Under the pieces are notes generated by a model that saw only the letters and a program-made list of their open reading frames with translations, was not told where the DNA came from and searched no databases. A DNA stretch of 64,000 bases, taken from NCBI GenBank assembly GCA_016235265.1, contig JACRLI010000014.1, forward strand, positions 247,405-311,404. The letters run 5' to 3'. Below, in pieces: positions 28,473 to 37,012 of this stretch; position 1 is the first letter of the stretch; each line of letters begins with the position of its first letter. Source of the stretch: Candidatus Eiseniibacteriota bacterium (GTDB lineage: Bacteria; Eisenbacteria; RBG-16-71-46; JACRLI01). The translations under genes were made by a program, and so were the position numbers.

Positions 28473-28479
28473 TCTGTTC

Positions 28480-29322
28480 TCACAACGCCTTGTTCATATC
28501 CACAGATAGCCCAGCGGCCTTCAGCTCCTTGGCCAACTTCAACCGCCAGCCGCCCTCCATATCAAGCTTGACGTAGAGTACTCCCGAGTAGTCGGAAAGC
28601 ACCTCAATGCCCTCCACAAACAGGGCGCACACGCGGGACCGTCCAAGCCGGCCAAGGAAGAACCCGAGTTCAAGGATCACGTTCTGTCGCGCACGAAGGT
28701 GCAGCTCGTCATTCGATGCAGTCGCCAAGCCGCCGCGATCGTCGCCGGTGAGAAGCACGACTGCGAACCCTACGTCGCTGTAGTCTTCGAACTTCTCGAT
28801 AATAGTCCGGCCGCAATTGGGCTGCTCACGAAGCAAGATCACCTCTTGATCCAGCTTCTCAAGGAAGCGCGCCACGCTCTGGATTGCCGCCTCGTCGTGA
28901 CCGTGCACCAGGAAGATCCGGTGGCCCTTTGGGGCGTTCGCCAATACGCCGGAAACAGTGCCGGCCCCTTGGAGTTGCTGCTCCGTCCTGAGCAGCTCAA
29001 GCAAACCATCAAGACGGGCAAGCTGCGTTTGGAGGCTTTCCGCCCGGTGGCTCTCCCACCATCCTTCACCTGCCCCCATCGGGAAATCCCCGTACTTTCC
29101 CACATCCGTCACGCTGCTCACGTTTGGCGAGTTGCGACCGAACGCCTTCTCAAGGTAATTCCGGGTCACCAGCTCCCACTGCCCGTGGGAATCACTACTG
29201 AGGGGACGCGATTGCAGGAGTTCGCGTCCCTTCCCGAGTTGCTCCTCCAGGAGGCGGATTCCCGTGGCAGAGTCAACATCCGGGCGTCCGGGAGGGTCTG
29301 GCTCTTTGCGTTTACTTGCCAT
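28480..29322 (-). CDS. TIR-like nucleotide-binding domain protein (COG4271-type), N-terminal domain of unknown function
   Basis: C-terminal half IFLVHGHDEAAIQSVARFLEKLDQEVILLREQPNCGRTIIEKFEDYSDVGFAVVLLTGDD...RARQNVILELGFFLGRLGRSRVCALFVEGIEVLSDYSGVLYVKLD matches the 'predicted nucleotide-binding protein containing TIR-like domain' signature. SD GGAGAGAGA. Lower GC than the flanks. Confidence 0.8.
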   Translation of the reverse strand: MASKRKEPDPPGRPDVDSATGIRLLEEQLGKGRELLQSRPLSSDSHGQWELVTRNYLEKAFGRNSPNVSSVTDVGKYGDFPMGAGEGWWESHRAESLQTQLARLDGLLELLRTEQQLQGAGTVSGVLANAPKGHRIFLVHGHDEAAIQSVARFLEKLDQEVILLREQPNCGRTIIEKFEDYSDVGFAVVLLTGDDRGGLATASNDELHLRARQNVILELGFFLGRLGRSRVCALFVEGIEVLSDYSGVLYVKLDMEGGWRLKLAKELKAAGLSVDMNKAL

Positions 29323-29770
29323 CCGGTCTCTCTCTCCGTCGCTCCGCGCCTCTTAACGAGAATTCGACCGCCATGGATCAGCAGTTCGGCAGCCCCGTCC
29401 AATCTAGTCGCTCCCGCTACCCTCCGGTGCAAGCCCTCTGGAAAACTGACCTTGCATGCACGCTCCCCGACTCCCCCCGCGGTAGGCAGCACGAAACGTC
29501 CAGGCCCGGTCAGTATAAAGCCGGTCCACCGGACTCACCACCCCAAGCCGCTGGGATTCAGCACGGGGGCATCAGCAGCCAGGCTGCGAGCTGGGGGCCT
29601 CGCGGACACAGGCGCAGCTCGATCCACCCGTACAACGTATGCCCCAGGTGATGATCCAGCGCAGCGCGCACTTGGAACGCTTTCGGGCGTTGCTGTCGCG
29701 ACACCGGGGCCTGTCCCGGATCTTCCGGAAGCCGCACTCTCCCTGCCGCAACCTCCGTGTCGGCGCCACA

Positions 29771-29799
29771 TTGACACCCCCGCGCAAAGCCGATAGCTT
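29771..29799 (+). promoter_or_regulatory. candidate sigma70 promoter upstream of yajC
   Basis: TTGACA (29771-29776), 17 nt, TAGCTT (29794-29799); about 118 nt upstream of the yajC ATG. Confidence 0.4.
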
Positions 29800-29917
29800 C
29801 CGATCCGTGTGTCCCGCGCGCTCCACGGGTGGTGCCCGGGGGGTTCCAGGGAGCCAGGCGCGCGCCGATTGCCCGCCCCTATCCGACCCGCAACTTCAAT
29901 GGTTTCAAGGAGGTTTC

Positions 29918-30244
29918 ATGTCCTTCCTCCCGCTCCTCGCCGCCGCGCCGGGAGGCCCGCAGATGTCCGGCTGGCAGGCCCAGCTGATCAACCTGGCGCC
30001 GCTGTTCCTGATCTTCGTGGTGTTCTACTTCGTGCTCATCCGTCCGCAGCAGCAGCGCCAGAAGAAGCTCGCCGAGATGATCGGCGGCATGGCCAAGGGC
30101 GACAAGGTGGTGACCTCCGGCGGGATGGTGGGCACGGTGTGGGCGGTGCGCGACAACGAGGACACCGTGGTCATCCAGGTGGCCGACACGCGTCTCGACT
30201 TCCTGAAGAGCGCCGTTGTCCAGGTCATCAAGCCCGGCAAGTAG
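29918..30244 (+). CDS. yajC: preprotein translocase subunit YajC
   Basis: MSFLPLLAAAPGGPQMSGWQAQLINLAPLFLIFVVFYFVLIRPQQQRQKK...GGMVGTVWAVRDNEDTVVIQVADTRLDF. SD AAGGAGG. ORF 29639..30244 has a spurious 5' extension. Confidence 0.9.
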   Translation: MSFLPLLAAAPGGPQMSGWQAQLINLAPLFLIFVVFYFVLIRPQQQRQKKLAEMIGGMAKGDKVVTSGGMVGTVWAVRDNEDTVVIQVADTRLDFLKSAVVQVIKPGK

Positions 30245-30254
30245 GGGCCCGCAC

Positions 30255-30797
30255 GTGGCACGACTGCCGATTCGCCTTTACGGCGACCCGGTGCTGAAGG
30301 CCCGGGCCGAGAAGGCCCCCGGCCCCAGCGAGAACCTGGCCCGCCTGGCCGCCGACATGTTCGAGACCATGGACGCCGCGCGCGGTGTCGGCCTGGCGGC
30401 CACCCAGGTGGGCGCCCTGGAACGCCTCATTGTGGTGAGCGTGCCCACCGGCAAGGAGGGGGAACCGCCCTTCCGCGCCGCGCTCGTCAACCCGGAAGTG
30501 GTCGCCACCTCCGGGCAGCAGGTCGGCGAGGAGGGCTGTCTCAGCTTCCCCGGGCTGTACTTCGAAGTGAAGCGCGCGAAGACCGTGAAGGTCCGCGCCA
30601 TGGGGCTGGACGGGAAGCCGGTGGAGGTGGACGGGGAGGGGTACCTGTCCCGCGCCCTGCTGCACGAGATTGACCACCTCGACGGCGTGCTCTACATCGA
30701 CCGCATCTCCACGGTGAAAAGAAGCCTGCTCCGCGGCAAGCTGGAGGACATCCGGCGCCGCGGGGCCGCCGGCGAGTCCCGCGAGGATGATGAGTAG
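30255..30797 (+). CDS. def: peptide deformylase
   Basis: The GVGLAATQVG, EGCLSFPG and HEIDHLDG motifs. The start is either GTG at 30255 or upstream at 30216. Confidence 0.9.
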   Translation: MARLPIRLYGDPVLKARAEKAPGPSENLARLAADMFETMDAARGVGLAATQVGALERLIVVSVPTGKEGEPPFRAALVNPEVVATSGQQVGEEGCLSFPGLYFEVKRAKTVKVRAMGLDGKPVEVDGEGYLSRALLHEIDHLDGVLYIDRISTVKRSLLRGKLEDIRRRGAAGESREDDE

Positions 30798-30843
30798 CTT
30801 CCCGCGCTCCGAACGCCCAAGCACCTGCAACAGGAGGAACCAA

Positions 30844-32922
30844 GTGCGCCCGAGACGCTGCTGGCCCGTCGTTGCCCTGCTGACGCTGACCCTGGCGGCG
30901 CCCGCGCTCGCCGCGCCCGCGCCGGACTCGGCCGCGGCCGCCCCGAATTCCCCGCTGGCGCCCGGGCACGGCTCCCCGCCCGCGAGCGCGAGCCCGCACG
31001 GATCCATGAGCATGCCCGGAGGGGCGCGCACGTCCGGCTCGCCGCACGGTTCGGGCATGTCCGGCTCCCCGCACGGCGCCGGCGCCAAGGGGATGGCGGG
31101 CATGATGCGCGCCATGGCCGCCCCGCCGAAGGTGGCATGGGAGAGCCTGCCCCAGGCCGACACCGCCCGCGCGCTCTCTTCGGAGGGCCGCACCCCGGCC
31201 ACCTCCGACACCACGGCCGAAGTGGTGATGGACGACGGCGGCGTGTCCTTCTATCCCGACGGCGTGGTGGCGTTCCTCTCCACGCGCGTGTACCTGGTGA
31301 AGAGCCGTTCCGGGGCCGAGGCGCTCCGCCAGCTGCCCGGCATCCCGAGGGGTTCTGGCGGTCAGGTCACCGCGTTCGTGCTGCACGACAACGGCTCGCG
31401 TGAGTTCGGGCAGGTGAACCGAAGCGGCGAGGTAATCTTCGCCGGGGTGCAGCCTGGTGACCTCCTGTTCATCTCCACCCGGGTCGCGCGGCCGGCGATC
31501 CGCAACGGGGTCCGGCTGCCGTTCACGTCCGCGGTTCTGCTTCGCAGTCTGTACCCGGTGCGGCAGATCCGTTTCTGGATCCGCAGCCCGGTGGATAAGC
31601 CCGCGGGATTCCGGGCGCTCGGACTGGGGGAACCGCGGGTCGGCACCCAGGCAGGATCAATCACCCGGGAGTGGATCGCCACGGGTCTCGCGCCCCTGGC
31701 GGCCGAGGATGAAGCGGTCGCCCCGCTCGAGGGCGCCCCGGTGGTGTTGGTGGATGCCAATCCGGATCCCGACTGGCTGGCCGCGCAGTGCCGGAATTGG
31801 CTCAAGGCCCCCGCAGGGGCGCGCCTGAAGAAGCTGGCTGCCGGCATCCGCAAGGAACACCAGGGCGCGAAGGCCCGGGTGGACGCGGCCCGCGAGTACG
31901 TGGTGCGCCGGCTTGCGCCCCAGGAGAACGAGTTCGCCTGGCCGGATTCGCTGGCGCGCCTCACACCGGAATCGGTCTTGCGCCGTGGCACTGCCGGCCC
32001 CTACGGACGGCTGGTGCTGCTGAGCGCCCTGTTGCGTGAGCTGGGCCAGGACCCCGGCATCGCCCTGGTGAATCCCGCCCGCCTGTGGCGGCGCCCGCCT
32101 TCGGCGAGCCCCGAGATGGCGCGCTGCCTGGTGGTGGCCCCCTGCAGCAAGCCCGAGGTGTGGCTCAATCCATCTTCCGTCACCGTCGCCACGCGCCGCA
32201 TCGAGCCCACGCTGCAGGGGCTCGATGCGATGGTGGTGGGACCCGCGGGAGCCCCGGTTGATGCACGGGTGCCCGTGAGCGCCGCGGAAGGACGCGGCAA
32301 GATCATGCTGATTCGTGGCGAAGTGGACTCGGGTGGCACCGTGACCGGCGAGATGCGCATCCGTCACCTCGGCGAGGACGCCGACCAGTGGCGCGCCCAA
32401 CTTCGGGGAGCGAGCATGAAGGCCGCCTCCGAGGTCATGCAGGCGATGGCGTCCCAGGTCTTGTTCGCATCCGAGATCCTGGACCTGCACGGAGAGGGCT
32501 TCGAGGACCAGGGCGACACCGCGACAATGATCTCGAAATTCCGGGCGCGGGACCTCCTGGACAGCCAGGCCGACGTGCGCTGGCTGCGGTTGCCTGCGCG
32601 CCTGCAGCCGGAACTGGAGACCGCTCCGCGCACCACGGCGCGCAGTCTGCACCGGCTCTACGGAACGCATGTCGAGCGCATGACGCTGGCGCTCCCCGGA
32701 AGCTGGGTCGCCTCCGTGCCGGTGGACACGACTTCCGGAGCCGGCGCCTGCCTGCGCTGGAGCGAGCACCGCACGGTGGAGGGGGGGCGGCTGGTGATCG
32801 AGCGCACTTCGACCGTGGCGGAGGCGGTGCTGCCCGCGGCCCAGCTGGATGCCTTCCTGGAGGCGCAGAAGGCCATGAACCGCTCGTTCGACCGGCCCGT
32901 GATCTTCAAGGTCTCGCCCTGA
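30844..32922 (+). CDS. hypothetical secreted protein with His/Met-rich GSPHGS repeats; possible inactivated transglutaminase-like/DUF3857-type architecture
   Basis: GTG start at 30844 after AGGAGG; signal peptide VVALLTLTLAAPALA. The repeat SPHGS(M/G)..GSPHGAGAKGMAGMMRAM is visible. The domain call is tentative. Confidence 0.5.
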   Translation: MRPRRCWPVVALLTLTLAAPALAAPAPDSAAAAPNSPLAPGHGSPPASASPHGSMSMPGGARTSGSPHGSGMSGSPHGAGAKGMAGMMRAMAAPPKVAWESLPQADTARALSSEGRTPATSDTTAEVVMDDGGVSFYPDGVVAFLSTRVYLVKSRSGAEALRQLPGIPRGSGGQVTAFVLHDNGSREFGQVNRSGEVIFAGVQPGDLLFISTRVARPAIRNGVRLPFTSAVLLRSLYPVRQIRFWIRSPVDKPAGFRALGLGEPRVGTQAGSITREWIATGLAPLAAEDEAVAPLEGAPVVLVDANPDPDWLAAQCRNWLKAPAGARLKKLAAGIRKEHQGAKARVDAAREYVVRRLAPQENEFAWPDSLARLTPESVLRRGTAGPYGRLVLLSALLRELGQDPGIALVNPARLWRRPPSASPEMARCLVVAPCSKPEVWLNPSSVTVATRRIEPTLQGLDAMVVGPAGAPVDARVPVSAAEGRGKIMLIRGEVDSGGTVTGEMRIRHLGEDADQWRAQLRGASMKAASEVMQAMASQVLFASEILDLHGEGFEDQGDTATMISKFRARDLLDSQADVRWLRLPARLQPELETAPRTTARSLHRLYGTHVERMTLALPGSWVASVPVDTTSGAGACLRWSEHRTVEGGRLVIERTSTVAEAVLPAAQLDAFLEAQKAMNRSFDRPVIFKVSP

Positions 32923-32992
32923 ACCGCCGCAGCCATCCGTTTCGGGGGGCCGGCCGCTCGTTCGGCCGGCCCCTTTGTCCTACAATGCGGCC

Positions 32993-34062
<1,070 letters not shown>

Positions 34063-34066
<4 letters not shown>

Positions 34067-35553
34067 CGCCACCGCGCGGCGGCCGGCCCCGCGGCAGCGG
34101 CCGCCCCGCGGGCCCACCCGCGCGGGGTCCGCGCGGACCGGGCCGTCCCGGCGGGCCCGCCCCGCGCGCGCCCCGCGGGCGCCCCGGACCCCCGGGAGCG
34201 ACCGGGCGGGGAGCGGGCGTGCCTGGCGGCTCCGCCGAGCCGCGCGACCTGGCGGCCCGGCTGCTCGCTTCCATCGAGACCCGCAGCGCCTTCAGCGACA
34301 AGCTCCTCGCCACCGCGTTCCGCGAGCGCGACCTGCCGCCGGCCGCGCGCGGGCGTGTCACGCGCCTGGTGAAGGGCGTGCTGCGCCGCCGCGGCGAGAT
34401 TGACTACCTGCTGGCCTCGCGCCTGCACGAGCGGCTGGCCGGCCTGCCGGTGCTGATGCGCCAGATCCTGCGGCTGGGTGTCTACCAGCTCCTGGACTCC
34501 GACATCCCGCGCCCCATGGTAGTGGACGAGACCGTGCGGCTGGCCACCAAGTACGGCCACCCCGGCACCGTGGGCCTCACCAACGCCGTGCTGCGCCGGC
34601 TGTGCGACACGGAGGACCTGCGCTCGCTGTTGCCGCAGGGCGACGATCCCGCGTCGGTGGCGGCGCGGACTTCGCACCCGGAGTGGATGGTGGAGCGCTG
34701 GATGGCCCGGCTGGGGCGCGACGCCACGATGCGGGTGCTGGATTCCAACCTGCGCGAGCGACCCACGTTCCTGCGCCCCAACCCGATGCGCGGCGGCCTG
34801 GCGGCGCTTCGCGCGCGGCTGGAGGTCGAGGGTGTGGCCCACGACGTGCATGGGCCCACCGGCCTGGTGCGCGTGGACGAGCGGTTCGCGCCGCCCGACT
34901 CGGAGGCGTTCGTCGCCGGCCTGGGCACGGCGCAGGACCCCTCGGAGTTCCTGGTGGTGCGCCTGTGCGGCGCGCGCGCGGGGCAGCGCTGGCTGGACCT
35001 GTGCTGCGCCCCCGGCGGCAAGCAGACCGGGCTGGCCGAGGGCATGGGAGATGAGGGTGCCGTGGTGGGCTGCGACCTGCATCCGTCCCGCCTGCGCCGC
35101 GCCCGCGAAAACGCCGCGCGCCTGGGCACGCCGGGGCTTTCCTACGTGGCCGCCGACGGCGCCCGCCCGCCGTTCCGCGCGCCGTCGCGCTTCGACGGCG
35201 TGCTGGTGGACGCCCCGTGCTCCGGGCTGGGGGTGCTGGCCCGCCGCGCCGACGCCCGCTGGCGCAAGGAGCCCGCGCTGCTGGCCTCGCTTCCGCCCCT
35301 GCAGCGCAGCCTGGTGGACTCCGCCGCGGGGCTCTTGGGGCCGGGTGGCGTGCTCGTCTATAGTGTGTGCAGTTTCGAGCCGGAGGAGACCACCGACCTG
35401 GTGGGCGGCTTCCTCGCCGCGCACCCGGAGTTCCGGCTCGACGACGCCTCGCCGCGGGTGGGCGCGGCGTACACGGTGGACGGCTGCTACCGGGTGCTGC
35501 CCGGGCAGGACGACATGGACGGGGCGTTCGCGGCAAGGATGGTGCGCGCGTGA
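34063..35553 (+). CDS. rsmB: 16S rRNA (cytosine967-C5)-methyltransferase RsmB (NusB-like N-domain + SAM MTase)
   Basis: DLCCAPGGKQ, VDAPCSGLGV, and a NusB-like N-terminal region. Proposed GTG start overlaps the fmt stop (GTGA). The RG-rich N-terminal stretch leaves the start uncertain. Confidence 0.85.
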
Positions 35554-35555
35554 AG

Positions 35556-36284
35556 ATGCGTTGGAAGATCCCGGGGCCGGTGATGGTGCTGGCCTTGGGG
35601 GTGGTGGCGTTCGCCGCGGGCGTGGCGATCTTCGACTGGGTGGTGATGCCGCGCCTGGTGCACCGCGGCCAGGACGTGCGCGTGCCGGACCTCGGCTCCA
35701 TGTCGCAACAGCAGGCCGAGCGGGCCGCGCGCGAGGGCGGGTTCGCGCTGCACGTGCGCTCGCAGCAGTTCGACGCCGCCGTGCCGCGCGGCTGCGTGTT
35801 GAGCCAGGATCCCCCGCCGGGCGTGACGGCCCGTCGCGGGCGCGCGGTGGAGGTCGTGGTGAGCCTGGGCGAGGAGAAAGCCACCATCCCGCCGCTGCGC
35901 GGGCAGGACTTCCGCGAGGCGCAGGTCACGCTGGGCCGCCTGGGCCTGCAGCCCGGCTCAGTGGCGCGCGTGTACTCCAATGATGTGCCGGTGGACCGCG
36001 TGGTGGCCACCGACCCCGGCCCCGACGCGCCCATCCCGCAGGACCGCCCGGTGCACCTGCTGATGAGCCTGGGCCCAGAAACCCCGCGCTTCCTGGCGCC
36101 CGACTGGGTGGGCTCGCCGGTGCGCGAGGTCACCGCCGCGCTGCAGCGCGCGGGTGTGCGCTACACGCTGGCCGGGCGCGACGCCGCCATGGCCGGCGCG
36201 GTCACCTCGCAGAACCCGGCTCCGGGCAGCATGGTGCGCGCGGGCGACCTGGTGACACTGGGCACCGGCAGGGCCGCGCGGTGA
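35556..36284 (+). CDS. PASTA domain-containing membrane protein (3 PASTA repeats)
   Basis: N-terminal TM helix (VMVLALGVVAFAAGVAIF), then three VPDLxGxxxxxA-type PASTA repeats. Confidence 0.8.
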   Translation: MRWKIPGPVMVLALGVVAFAAGVAIFDWVVMPRLVHRGQDVRVPDLGSMSQQQAERAAREGGFALHVRSQQFDAAVPRGCVLSQDPPPGVTARRGRAVEVVVSLGEEKATIPPLRGQDFREAQVTLGRLGLQPGSVARVYSNDVPVDRVVATDPGPDAPIPQDRPVHLLMSLGPETPRFLAPDWVGSPVREVTAALQRAGVRYTLAGRDAAMAGAVTSQNPAPGSMVRAGDLVTLGTGRAAR

Positions 36285-36955
36285 GTTTCCGTCCCCGGCC
36301 CGTGCGCGTCGCGCCCTCGGTGCTCTCCGCCGACTACGCGCGCTTCGGCGAACAGGTGCGGATGATCCAGGCCGCCGGCGCCGACTGGCTGCACGTGGAC
36401 ATCATGGACGGCCACTTCGTTCCCAACCTCACCTTCGGCCCCGGCCTGGTGGCCGCGCTGAAGTCGCTCACCCCGCTGTACCTGGATACCCACCTGATGG
36501 TCACCGAGCCGTGGCGCTTCGCCGAGCCGTTCGCGAGGGCCGGCGCCGGCGGGCTCACCATTCACGTGGAGGTGGGCCGCACCGCCGAGACGCTGCGCGA
36601 GATCCGCGCGCTGGGTCTGCGCGCCGGCGTATCCGTGAAGCCGGGCACCCCGCTGGAACTGGCCGAGCCGTTCCTCGCCGACATCGACCTGCTGCTGCTG
36701 ATGACGGTGGAGCCGGGCTTCGGCGGCCAGGCGTTCCGCGAGGACATGCTGCCCAGGATCGCCGCCGCCCACGCGGCGCGCGTGAAGCACGGCCTCAACT
36801 TCGACCTCGAGGTGGACGGCGGCATCGGGCCGCAGACCACCGCCGCGGTGACCCGCGCCGGCGCCGACGCGCTGGTCGCGGGCCACAGCGTGTTCCGCGC
36901 GCCGGACCCTGCGGCGGCCATCGCCGCGATCCGGGCCGCAGTCTCCACTCCATAG
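36281..36955 (+). CDS. rpe: ribulose-phosphate 3-epimerase
   Basis: APSVLSADYARFGEQV, LHVDIMDGHFVPNLTFGP, VDGGIG. GTG start overlapping the upstream stop. Confidence 0.92.
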   Translation: MSFRPRPVRVAPSVLSADYARFGEQVRMIQAAGADWLHVDIMDGHFVPNLTFGPGLVAALKSLTPLYLDTHLMVTEPWRFAEPFARAGAGGLTIHVEVGRTAETLREIRALGLRAGVSVKPGTPLELAEPFLADIDLLLLMTVEPGFGGQAFREDMLPRIAAAHAARVKHGLNFDLEVDGGIGPQTTAAVTRAGADALVAGHSVFRAPDPAAAIAAIRAAVSTP

Positions 36956-37012
36956 GCCCGGCCGCGCCGGGAGCATCCACGGGCGCGCCGCGCCCCCCTT
37001 CGAGGAGGATTC

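Noticed and set aside
29316-29651. 111-aa ORF in the 600-bp intergenic stretch, and the long 5' extension of yajC (29639..30244)
   Set aside because: Low-complexity Pro/Ser/Arg/Gln sequence with no start context. yajC has a clear SD plus ATG at 29918, and the consensus promoter at 29771-29799 lies inside these ORFs.
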